Shown here in pieces: positions 42,649-51,369 of a stretch of DNA of 64,000 nt (position 1 is the stretch's first letter; each line of letters starts with the position of its first letter). The notes beneath the pieces were generated by a model. It was not told the DNA's origin, did no database searches, and was given only the letters and a program-made list of their open reading frames with translations. Origin of the DNA: Chthoniobacter flavus (GTDB taxonomy: Bacteria; Verrucomicrobiota; Verrucomicrobiia; Chthoniobacterales; JACTMZ01); the NCBI GenBank assembly GCA_945871065.1, contig CAMBUL010000001.1, forward strand, positions 41,666-105,665, given 5' to 3'. Both the position numbers and the translations under genes were made by a program.

Positions 42649-43354
42649 AAAAACACCATCGAAAAAAAGCGGGGTATGGGCTGTCATCGTGGCCGCCGGC
42701 TCCAGCCGTCGCATGGGCTTCAACAAATTGACGGCCGAACTGGAGGGTCAGCCTGTGCTCGGCCGCAGTGTGGCAGCCTTCAATCAGTCAAAGCTCATCG
42801 ATGCGATTGTCCTGGTTTGTGCGGCCAGCGCGCGGACCGAACTGGAGGAGATTGCCCGGACCGCAGCCCCGACCAAGCTCAAAGCCGTAGTGGAAGGTGG
42901 AGCACACCGCCATTTGTCCGTGGCCGAAGGCCTTGAGTGTGTACCCGAAGATGCGGCCATCATTGCGGTGCACGATGCGGCCCGTCCATTAGTCACTTGC
43001 GCCATGATCGAGCGCTGCCTCGAGAGTGCACGCAACAATGGCGCCGCGGCTTGTGCCAGGCCGGTCACCGATACGCTCAAGCGGATTAACGACGAGGGCT
43101 TCATTGTCGAGTCCGTCGAACGCGATGGACTCTGGGCTGTCGAGACCCCGCAAATTTTCCGCGCCGAATTGCTACGCCACGCTTACGCCGAAGTCATCGC
43201 GACCGGCGGCCAAGTTCCGGACGAGACATCCGCGGTTCAAGCGGCCGGGGCCCCGGTTGCCCTGGTCGAGACTCCGGAGTGGAATGGCAAGATCACTTAC
43301 CCGGCGGACCTGGAACTGGCCCGCCTCGTTTTGCGCGGGCGCAAAGAGGACTGA
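42641..43354 (+). CDS. ispD: 2-C-methyl-D-erythritol 4-phosphate cytidylyltransferase
   Basis: 'WAVIVAAGSSRRMG' and 'IIAVHDAARPL'. TTG start overlaps the yqeY stop. Confidence 0.85.
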   Translation: MAKKTPSKKSGVWAVIVAAGSSRRMGFNKLTAELEGQPVLGRSVAAFNQSKLIDAIVLVCAASARTELEEIARTAAPTKLKAVVEGGAHRHLSVAEGLECVPEDAAIIAVHDAARPLVTCAMIERCLESARNNGAAACARPVTDTLKRINDEGFIVESVERDGLWAVETPQIFRAELLRHAYAEVIATGGQVPDETSAVQAAGAPVALVETPEWNGKITYPADLELARLVLRGRKED

Positions 43355-43361
43355 GATCCTC

Positions 43362-43757
43362 ATGGGCGGGAAGATTCTCACCGTTGGTCTGGTTTGTTTC
43401 CTCTTGGGTGCTGCTGCCGCGATGCTTGCCGGGCTGTGGTTGGCTCTGCCGCCGGGCGACGATCTGCCGCCTTGTCCGTATCTTGAGAAACATAGTTTCG
43501 CCGAGGTGCCGCCTTATGTCGTCACCGCGATCGGTGCTTACGAAGCAATCCGGGAGACTCTCCTGCGCGAATCTTTAGAAGGGGTGGGAGATCAGTCCAC
43601 CGTGATCGCCCGCGCTTTTGCCGGGGAGGATCAACGGGTTGCCTCGCTGGCCAAGCGCCTGGGTGCCGAGCAGGACGTCGAGTCGGCGCGGCGGGCTTTC
43701 CGGCGCCTGCACCGGTTGATGCAGAAGCATGCGGACAAGTTGCCGGAGTCCTCTTGA
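43362..43757 (+). CDS. Hypothetical membrane-anchored helical protein
   Basis: TM 'ILTVGLVCFLLGAAAAMLAGLWLAL', then an all-helical tail. No function recognised. Confidence 0.5.
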   Translation: MGGKILTVGLVCFLLGAAAAMLAGLWLALPPGDDLPPCPYLEKHSFAEVPPYVVTAIGAYEAIRETLLRESLEGVGDQSTVIARAFAGEDQRVASLAKRLGAEQDVESARRAFRRLHRLMQKHADKLPESS

Positions 43758-44168
43758 TTCCGGAGGTCCAAGAGCGAGGAGCAAGACAGCGGATCGTTGT
43801 CCCAGTAGCTGTGCGAAGTGAGTTTGACCTTCCCGCGTAAGATGAGATGGACGCTGACCGTGTAGGCTAGGATGATGCGCGTGATCATGTGGGTCTTCGG
43901 CGTTGAGGTGGCCTTCATGTCCTACGGTGTAGGGGTTGGCTTCCGCACCAGTGGTGGAGTCGTGGGCAACGGCGGCGCGGGCGTGATTTTGGGAATGGAT
44001 CTCACTCCTCCGGCCAAAGACGGCCCGATCGATCCCGTGGAATTCACCGCCGCGATGATCCGCAGATTCTGGAGCGGAGGTCCGCGGCACGCTCATTCCT
44101 TTTTTCCAAGCAGCCAATTTTCGCTGGTGAGCCTGGGGCAAAGCTGACAAACAAAGATCCGAGTTCTT

Positions 44169-45107
44169 TTGGCGATGATCGACCCACCTTCAACCCTAGC
44201 CATTGCGGAATCCTTTCTGCAGCCGATGGGGCCCGTGGCGGCGGAGCAGTTGCGGCATCTCAAACTTGTAACTCTTCTGACTATGATCGCGGTGGTTCCC
44301 GTCCTGGTCGCCACACCGTTGATTCTGTGGAGGTATCGTCGAAGCAAGCCGACGGGCAAATATCGCCCGAACTGGGAATCGAACCGGGTCCTTGAATCGT
44401 TGATGTGGGGCGTGCCGATTCTTGTCGTCACTTTGATGGGGGTGAGTCTTTGGAACATGACCTTCCGCCTCGACCCCTACAAGGAACTGGGCAAAGACCC
44501 GCTGCAAATCCATGTTATAGGACTCGATTGGAAATGGATCTTCATCTATCCGGACGAGGGAGTTGCGCTGGTGGATGAGTTGGTCGTGCCCGAGGGGCGT
44601 GCGGTCGAGTTGACTTTGACGACCGACACCGTGATGCAGAGCCTGCGGATTTCGGCGATTGTCGGTCAGATTTATGCCATGCCGGCCATGACCACGAAGT
44701 TGAACTTCCTTGCCGCCCGGCAGGGTGAGGCCACCGGGATGAATACGCAATTCACGGGGAACGGATTCTGGAAGCAGAAATTCCAAGTTTTCTCGGTTTC
44801 CCAGGAGGAATACGAGGCCCGGATGAAGAAGGTGCAAGCGAGCGACCTCGCGCTCACCGCCGACACCTACGCCCTCCTGGCCGTGCAGGGCACTGCGGAA
44901 GAGGCCAAAAAATCCCTCAACATCGAGGACCGAAGAGGTCCGATTGAAATGGTCCTCGGGGACTCGAAAATTTTTCAACGCGTGCTGGCCCGCTACATGG
45001 TCGAGGACATGACTCCGGAAAGCCAGCCGGGCAGCCCCTCTTACGATCCCGCGAAATCCCCCCTTCCAGCCGCCCCGGAGAAACCCATGATGGATATGAA
45101 AATGTAA
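44169..45107 (+). CDS. cyoA: Cytochrome o/bo3-type ubiquinol oxidase subunit II
   Basis: Two TM helices and 'LDWKWIFIYPDEGVALVDELVVPEG...VMQSLRISAIVGQIYAMPAMTTKLNF' (CyoA-like, no CuA ligands). TTG 44169 or ATG 44175. No signal peptide or lipobox. Confidence 0.8.
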   Translation: MAMIDPPSTLAIAESFLQPMGPVAAEQLRHLKLVTLLTMIAVVPVLVATPLILWRYRRSKPTGKYRPNWESNRVLESLMWGVPILVVTLMGVSLWNMTFRLDPYKELGKDPLQIHVIGLDWKWIFIYPDEGVALVDELVVPEGRAVELTLTTDTVMQSLRISAIVGQIYAMPAMTTKLNFLAARQGEATGMNTQFTGNGFWKQKFQVFSVSQEEYEARMKKVQASDLALTADTYALLAVQGTAEEAKKSLNIEDRRGPIEMVLGDSKIFQRVLARYMVEDMTPESQPGSPSYDPAKSPLPAAPEKPMMDMKM

Positions 45108-45108
45108 A

Positions 45109-47187
45109 ATGTTCGAGGCGCTTTTTGGCAGACTGACATGGGACTCGATCATTCTCGTCCAGGAGTTTGAAGATCCCAATTTGAATACCTTCATCACCGC
45201 CGGTGCGGCGGCCATGTTGCCGGTGGGAGGGGCGTTGGTGGTTGCGCTTCTTTTTTGGATGAAGTGGTGGAAGCCCCTTTTCGAATGGCTGACGAGTGTC
45301 GATCACAAAAAAATCGGCACGATGTATATCATCTTCGCGGTGATCATGTTGTTCCGCGGGGTGGTCGAGGGCATTTTGATGCGGGTCAACCAGGCGGTGG
45401 GCCTCAATGGCGGGTTTCTCTCGTCCGATCATTTCAACCAACTCTTCACGACCCACGGCACCAACATGATCTTTTTCGTGGCGATGCCGTTCCTGATCGG
45501 TCTGATCAATATCGTCGTCCCCTTGCAGATCGGTGCCAGGGACGTGGCCTTTCCGAAGCTCAATCAAATCAGCCTGGGTCTCACGGCGGTCGGCGGATTC
45601 CTCATCATGATCTCGTTGCTGGTCGGGGAGTTTTCGACGGGTGGGTGGACCGGGTATCCTTCGTTCACCGGTCGCTTGATCAATCCCGGAGTCGGCCCGG
45701 ATTATTACATTCTGTCCATCGGGATTGCGGGCCTCGGCTCCACCCTCACCGGGGTCAACTTTGCGGTGACCATTTACAAGATGCGCGCGGCGGGGATGAG
45801 TTTCATGAGGATGCCGCTGTTCACGTGGACGGCCCTCTGCACCTCCATCCTGCTGATCTTCGCCATGCCGCCACTCACCGCCTGCTGCCTCATGCTCGGG
45901 CTCGACCGCTACCTTGGCTTTCACTTTTTCACGAACGACATGGGCGGGAATTTGATGAACTACATCAACCTGTTTTGGATGTTCGGCCATCCGGAGGTCT
46001 ACATCCTCATCCTTCCGGCCTTCGGGGTGATGTCGGAAATCGCGGCCACCTTTTCCGGGAAGCGTCTTTACGGCTACGTCGGGTTGGTGGCGGCGACGAT
46101 GTGCATCGCGGTTCTTTCCTTCATGGTCTGGCTGCACCACTTCTTCACCATGGGGCAGTCGACCACGGTGAACGCCGCTTTTGGCATCGCGACGCTGCTG
46201 ATTGCCATCCCGACGGGGGTGAAAATCTATGATTGGTTGGCGACTTTGTGGGGCGGGCGGGTCCGTTTTACCACGCCGATGCTCTACCTGTGCGGATTTT
46301 TCGTCCTCTTTGCCATCGGCGGTCTCAGCGGGGTGATCCTGGCCAACCCCACGCTGGACTACCAGTTGCACAACAGCCTTTTTCTGGTCGCCCATTTCCA
46401 CAATGTGATCATTCCCGGAACTCTGTTTGGCGTTCTCGCGGGTATCTACTACTGGTTCCCGAAAATTTACGGGTTCCGGCTCCTCGACGGTTACAGCCGG
46501 ATCACGGCCTTCCTCTGGGCGTTCGGCTTCATTCTGGCCTTCCTACCTCTCTACCAAGTCGGAATGATGGGAATGACCCGGCGGACGGTCGCCTACGAGA
46601 ATCCGGCGCTGGTCCCCTGGATGGTGGTTTCGGGAATTGGCGCGCTCTTTCTGGGTCTCGCCTTCACTTTCGTGCTCCTGACTCTCTGGCGAAGCGTTGT
46701 GAACCGGAAGAAATTGATGGTTCCTTTTGGTGATCCTTGGGACGGGCGAACTCTCGAGTGGTGGACCCCGGCGCCGACTCCCGAATGGAATTTTGCGGTT
46801 CTGCCCAAGGTCGATGGCCGGGATGCCTTCACGGAGGCAAAGGCCAAGGGCACGGCCTACCAGCCGATCGAGAAATACGAAGACATCGAGATGCCCGCCA
46901 ACACCTACTACGGCTTGATTATTGCGGCACTGGGCTCGGGGCTCGGCTTCGGCTTGGTCTGGTATATGTGGTGGTTGGCCATCATCTGCTTCCTGGGTTG
47001 CATCGTGACGGTCATCACTTACGCCTTTCTGCCGGAAAGAAAAAAAATCATTCCCGCCGCCGAGGTTCGCGAGATCGATGAAACCTGGCGCCGGGCGGCC
47101 CGCGAAAGTCGGGGCGTCACGCGCGACGACGAGTGCAACGAGGCCAACCAAGGGCTGGCCCGTCCCGACATCATCACCAACCCATGA
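45109..47187 (+). CDS. cyoB: Ubiquinol oxidase subunit I (heme-copper oxidase)
   Basis: 'WMFGHPEVYILILPAFG', 'WLHHFFTMG' and 'HFHNVIIPG'. 692 aa. Confidence 0.93.
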   Translation: MFEALFGRLTWDSIILVQEFEDPNLNTFITAGAAAMLPVGGALVVALLFWMKWWKPLFEWLTSVDHKKIGTMYIIFAVIMLFRGVVEGILMRVNQAVGLNGGFLSSDHFNQLFTTHGTNMIFFVAMPFLIGLINIVVPLQIGARDVAFPKLNQISLGLTAVGGFLIMISLLVGEFSTGGWTGYPSFTGRLINPGVGPDYYILSIGIAGLGSTLTGVNFAVTIYKMRAAGMSFMRMPLFTWTALCTSILLIFAMPPLTACCLMLGLDRYLGFHFFTNDMGGNLMNYINLFWMFGHPEVYILILPAFGVMSEIAATFSGKRLYGYVGLVAATMCIAVLSFMVWLHHFFTMGQSTTVNAAFGIATLLIAIPTGVKIYDWLATLWGGRVRFTTPMLYLCGFFVLFAIGGLSGVILANPTLDYQLHNSLFLVAHFHNVIIPGTLFGVLAGIYYWFPKIYGFRLLDGYSRITAFLWAFGFILAFLPLYQVGMMGMTRRTVAYENPALVPWMVVSGIGALFLGLAFTFVLLTLWRSVVNRKKLMVPFGDPWDGRTLEWWTPAPTPEWNFAVLPKVDGRDAFTEAKAKGTAYQPIEKYEDIEMPANTYYGLIIAALGSGLGFGLVWYMWWLAIICFLGCIVTVITYAFLPERKKIIPAAEVREIDETWRRAARESRGVTRDDECNEANQGLARPDIITNP

Positions 47188-47825
47188 GTGCCCCGACCGG
47201 ACAATCACTCCATCCCGGCCTGAATCTGGGCGAAGAGCACGGCGACGACCACCTCGAGGCGGAGACCTCCGTCTTCGGGTTCTGGGTTTTCATGATGAGC
47301 GATCTGGTGACGTTCGGGATGTTTTTTGCCGTCTTCGCCACCACCATGCCTCTCGCGTGTTGCCCCGGCCCCAAGGAACTCTTCGACTTCGGCAGCATCG
47401 CCTGGCAAACCGCCTTTCTTCTCCTCTCGAGTGTGACCAGCGGAATGGCGGTCTTGACCATGAAGCAGGAACATGGCGGCCGAGGTGCCTGCACCAAAAA
47501 ATTGGTGTTTTGGCTCCTGCTCACGGTCCTGCTCGGGTGCGGATTCCTTTATCGTGAGATTTCCGACTTCATCTCCATGGCCGCCGCCGGTGGACCGCCG
47601 ACCCGCAGCGGCTACCTCTCCGCCTTGTGGTCCCTGGTCGGACTCCACGGTCTGCATGTGACCGGCGGAATCATTTGGTGTCTGGTCATTGTCGTCGGGG
47701 TTCTGGTTCGGGGGGTCGACCGCCGCTGGAAGTTGGCCCTGCTCCGCTGGGCGTTGTTCTGGCATTTTCTCGATGTGGTCTGGATCTTCATCTTTAGCTT
47801 CGTCTTCTTGGGAGGATTGCTCTGA
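47184..47825 (+). CDS. cyoC: Ubiquinol oxidase subunit III
   Basis: ATG 47184 overlaps the cyoB stop. 'FGFWVFMMSDLVTFGMFFAVF' and 'WHFLDVVWIFIFSFVFL'. Confidence 0.88.
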   Translation: MSAPTGQSLHPGLNLGEEHGDDHLEAETSVFGFWVFMMSDLVTFGMFFAVFATTMPLACCPGPKELFDFGSIAWQTAFLLLSSVTSGMAVLTMKQEHGGRGACTKKLVFWLLLTVLLGCGFLYREISDFISMAAAGGPPTRSGYLSALWSLVGLHGLHVTGGIIWCLVIVVGVLVRGVDRRWKLALLRWALFWHFLDVVWIFIFSFVFLGGLL

Positions 47826-48115
47826 TGAAAAAATCCAAGGAACTTCACCACTACCTGACCGGCTTCGCCCTGGCGGCGGTTCTTACGATCATCCCCTTCA
47901 CCCTCGTGGCGACGGTGGGAGGGGCGCGCAGCTATATCGTTCTCGTCCTCTGTGCCATCCTGCAAGTGATCGTCCATCTGCGCTTCTTCCTGCACCTCTC
48001 GTTCAGAGGCCAGCAGAAGGAAGATCTCCAACTGGTTTTGTTCACCGGTTTCATCCTGTTCCTCATGATTGGAGGAACCATCTGGGTCCTGGGCGATCTC
48101 TACACCCGAATGTAA
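47825..48115 (+). CDS. cyoD: Ubiquinol oxidase subunit IV
   Basis: 96 aa with three TM helices. 'YLTGFALAAVLTIIPF...QVIVHLRFFLHL'. Confidence 0.85.
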   Translation: MKKSKELHHYLTGFALAAVLTIIPFTLVATVGGARSYIVLVLCAILQVIVHLRFFLHLSFRGQQKEDLQLVLFTGFILFLMIGGTIWVLGDLYTRM

Positions 48116-48167
48116 GCCCGGCGTTGTGGCAGAGGGCTTCGCGGATCGATGGATCCCGTGACCACCT

Positions 48168-49207
48168 TTACTCGGGCACGAGCCGCACGACTTTGCCGGG
48201 TTCGTCGTAGACGACGTAGAGGAAACCGTCGTCGAACGAGCGGACGTCGCGGATGCGCCCGGTCTCGCGGAGAAGAATCTCCTGTTTGGCCACGCTGGTT
48301 CCGTTGAGTTCAAGACGCACCAACCTTTGCCCGGCAAGTCCGCCGGCAAAAAGATTGCCGCGCCAGTGCGGGAATTTATCGCCCCGGTAAAGGGCGAGCC
48401 CGGACGCGGCAATGACCGGGGTCCATTGCACGACAGGATTTTCCATTCCGAGGGCTGACTTCTCTTCGCTGATCGTCGTCCCGTTGTAATTGATGCCGTG
48501 CGTCACAAGCGGCCAACCGTAGTTGGCACCTTTGCGGATGATATTGAGTTCGTCTCCTCCGCGCGGCCCGTGCTCGGTAGCCCACAATCGCCCGGTTGTC
48601 GGATCGTAAACCAAGCCCTGGGCGTTGCGTGTACCCAAAGCCCAGACTGAAGGCATGGCACCCGTCGTGCCAACGAAAGGATTGTCGTCCGGAATTTGTC
48701 CGTCATCCCCGAGGCGACGGAAAAAAACAAGTGTCCGCGCCCGTCGAAAGCAAGGCGCGAGCCGAAATGAATCGCGCCGGAATGGGCCTGATCCTCGGGC
48801 GGATCGAATACGGTCTCGACATGAGTGAAGCGGTCTCCCTCCAGCTTGCCGCGCACGATGGCGGTGTGCGCGCCCTTGCCGGACGGTTTGGAAAACGAAA
48901 GGTAGATCCAGCCATTTTTCTCATAATCGGGGTGAAGCACGACATCGAGAAGCCCGCCTTGGCCGGAGGCCACAACCTGCGGAACGCCGGCGACCTCGCG
49001 CGGTTCCGCGGAGGCGGCGGCGAAAAGAAGGAGTCGTCCCCCCCGTTCGCTGACCAGAAACCGTCCGTCTGGGAGTTGTGCCATCGCCCACGGGCGCTTG
49101 AGTCCTTCGGCGACGGTCTCGATGCGGAAGCGGTGGGCGGAGGAGTCCACCGCTTTGGCCCGACAATCGGCAAACGCGAGGAGCAAGATGAGCGGCACGA
49201 ATCTCAC
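48168..49207 (-). pseudogene. PQQ-dependent soluble sugar (glucose/sorbosone) dehydrogenase, frameshifted and internally deleted
   Basis: The N-terminal part (48503-49207 frame: 'VAEGLKRPWAMAQLPDGRFLVSERGG...FDGRGHLFFS') and the C-terminal part (48168-48656 frame: 'GQIPDDNPF...WALGTRNAQGL...EHGPRGGDELNIIRKGANYGWP') are in different frames. They switch at an A7 run at 48721-48727. Confidence 0.7.
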
Positions 49208-49861
49208 GGCTGGTCAATCTTGACCAAGCCGGCCGATCCGTCGAAGCGGAAAACGGCGCGGGCATCACCCAAGGGAGGGGCCGGCGGGGTGTTTGCCCTC
49301 CATGGGGCAGAGGCCACGTTGGGTTGCTTTTGGTCCGCGGTGGTTAACATCCACGGCGCCGAAACTTCCGAGAGAGCGCCGAGCAAGCTATTGCCGGTCG
49401 GTGGTTCGCCGGGTGTGGTCACCCCGCCGAATGGATTTATAACGGCCCCGTTGTTGGTCAGCCTGGTGTTCATGACCCAAACGCGCATCTGTGCCGGGTC
49501 GGCCGGAACGGTCTGGCGCGCGTAAGCGCGGGGCATAAGCGAGCGGACCAGGTATTTCGCGGGAGAGGTTGGCACTCCGAGGTAAGCCGCACACTCCGTG
49601 ACGATGCGGCCACCGCGGCCTTCTTCGTATTCCAGCACTTGCCCGGGGAAAAGCGGTGGCAACTTGCCCCCGTGGTCCACCGGATATTGCAGGACGGCAA
49701 GACCCATGGTGCGGGTCTTGGCCAAGGCATCCGCCCGTTGGACCCGATCAAAGAGACCCGGCAGCATGCCGGCGGTCACCCCGGCAAGGACCACCACGAT
49801 GGCCGTGACGACGAGAATCTCGACCAGGGTGAATCCCCTGCGATGGGAAAAAGCGATCCAT
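49204..49861 (-). CDS. Prepilin-type N-terminal cleavage/methylation domain protein (start unresolved, possible frameshift)
   Basis: 'RRGFTLVEILVVTAIVVVLAGV' class-III signal motif. The only nearby ATG (49861) is out of frame by one base across a T5 run. In-frame alternatives are GTG 49944 or ATG 50034, both overlapping fur. Confidence 0.6.
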
Positions 49862-49907
49862 CCTCCCGGACGGACCGCTCCGGTCGATTCTACTTTCGTG
49901 GTTGGCC

Positions 49908-50309
49908 TCAGGCCAATGCGGCTGCAGCAGGTCGATGGGCGCACGAGGGATCGTTGCAGACACCGTATAGTGTCAACGAGTGGCGCTTGACCGTGAATCC
50001 GGCGGGAGCCAACTGGTCGATCCCCGAGGTGCAAGCCTCAACCTCGAACACTTTCTGGCAGGTTTCGCACAGAAAGTGGTGGTGATGGTGTGGATGCTTG
50101 CGCTCGTAATGGGGAGGGGCCCCCGGGATTTCCACCACTTCCACTGCACCCATATCCATCAGGATACGGAGAGCACGGTAAACGGTGGCGATGCCCAACC
50201 CCGGAGACAGGGTGCGGGCGGTGGTCCATATGTCGGCTGGGGTCATGGGGCGACCCGCGTCTTCGAGCGTTTTTTGTACTGCTGATCTTTGTCTGGTAGC
50301 GTAGTTCAC
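49908..50309 (-). CDS. Fur-family metalloregulator (Zur-like)
   Basis: wHTH 'GIATVYRALRILMDMG', 'HHHHHF', and Cys pairs 'CETC' and 'CNDPSC'. Confidence 0.8.
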   Translation of the reverse strand: MNYATRQRSAVQKTLEDAGRPMTPADIWTTARTLSPGLGIATVYRALRILMDMGAVEVVEIPGAPPHYERKHPHHHHHFLCETCQKVFEVEACTSGIDQLAPAGFTVKRHSLTLYGVCNDPSCAHRPAAAALA

Positions 50310-50327
50310 TTCTTTGTTGATGGTTGA

Positions 50328-50345
50328 TGTGACGTGAGGGTCACA
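50328..50345. promoter_or_regulatory. Inverted repeat TGTGAC-gtgagg-GTCACA upstream of the fur-family gene
   Basis: Read directly. Lies 19-36 nt upstream of the start codon. Confidence 0.3.
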
Positions 50346-50372
50346 ACGGCAAAGCTCCGTTATCCGATGTCA

Positions 50373-50382
50373 ATTTGCAAAT
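50373..50382. promoter_or_regulatory. Perfect 10-bp palindrome ATTTGCAAAT in AT-rich context upstream of the fur-family gene
   Basis: Read directly. Confidence 0.3.
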
Positions 50383-50449
50383 AAATTCCCCGGCCTTGCG
50401 ATTCCAGAAAAGCACCGCCCGCCCCTCTATGCTTCTGATTCCGTAACGA

Positions 50450-51340
50450 TTATGTGCCGCCGGTGAGAACTCGGAAGACACCATTCTGATCCCGATAAAA
50501 TCCTCTCAATTCAGGATTCTTGCCGGTTAGGGCCTGCATGGCTTGGTCGAGCCAGTTTCCATTTTCCTCCGCTTGATCGGCCCGCAGGCTGCCATCCGAG
50601 TTGTTCACTTTCTCAAACGGGCGCGTGATGGCGGCGTAGGCTTTGTCAGAAAGGCGGGCGGCCTCCAGAAGTTCGGGCTGGTAAACCACAATCCAAGTGC
50701 CGCCGTAGCCGTCGGGGTCCTTGGGGGCAATGAGGCGGAAGGCGAGTTTCCCGCCGCGCGCGTCGCGCTGTTTGGGGCCGAGGCTGTAAAGTGCGCGGAT
50801 CTGGTTCTTGTCGTGCAGGTGGCCGGCGATGAATTCGCGGAACAGTTGCCGCGTTTTCTGACCCGGGCGCGCGGAACCGTAAACACCGAATTCGATGGCG
50901 ACCGGTTTCTGCGGGTCACCGTAAACATTAAGTTCCCATTGTTTGTTCGCGCGGAAGGAAAGGTAAGGGATGTTGCGCAGCAGGCCATTGTCGATTGCTG
51001 TGGGGGGAATTTGTTCGAAGCGCCGGATGCCGTCATGGGTACGCAAATCGTGGACGATCGAACGCCACGAGGGCAAAGCATCGCGGTCCGTGATGTCGGA
51101 AAAGATGGCTTCGCTGTTCGGCGCATCGTCGATGCGGCGGATGTATTCCTTGGGAATGCGGGCTTCACCCCGGTCAGTCTCAAGCACAACCAAATCGGGG
51201 GTGTTTTGAATAATGAGCCCGCGCAACTCGGTCCCGTCATTCATCCGCACTTGATCCGGAGCCCGGTCGAGGCGGGGGAGCGCCCCTGCTTCGAGAGGGA
51301 GCAGACAGGCGGTGGCTAAAGCGAGGCGGGTTGCCAACAC
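50450..51340 (-). CDS. Hypothetical secreted protein
   Basis: Signal peptide 'MLATRLALATACLLPLEAGA'. 296 aa. No motif recognised. Confidence 0.5.
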   Translation of the reverse strand: MLATRLALATACLLPLEAGALPRLDRAPDQVRMNDGTELRGLIIQNTPDLVVLETDRGEARIPKEYIRRIDDAPNSEAIFSDITDRDALPSWRSIVHDLRTHDGIRRFEQIPPTAIDNGLLRNIPYLSFRANKQWELNVYGDPQKPVAIEFGVYGSARPGQKTRQLFREFIAGHLHDKNQIRALYSLGPKQRDARGGKLAFRLIAPKDPDGYGGTWIVVYQPELLEAARLSDKAYAAITRPFEKVNNSDGSLRADQAEENGNWLDQAMQALTGKNPELRGFYRDQNGVFRVLTGGT

Positions 51341-51369
51341 AATCGAAGAATACTAACCTGCCCCACGTC

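Noticed and set aside
44145-44147. TGA between the 91-codon ORF and cyoA considered as a read-through or selenocysteine codon
   Set aside because: The upstream peptide does not resemble a CyoA signal or lipobox region, no SECIS-like hairpin follows, and sharing a frame happens by chance one time in three.
44917-46401. 494-aa ORF antisense to cyoA/cyoB
   Set aside because: Highly charged R/H/D/E-rich nonsense opposite an unmistakable heme-copper oxidase subunit I.
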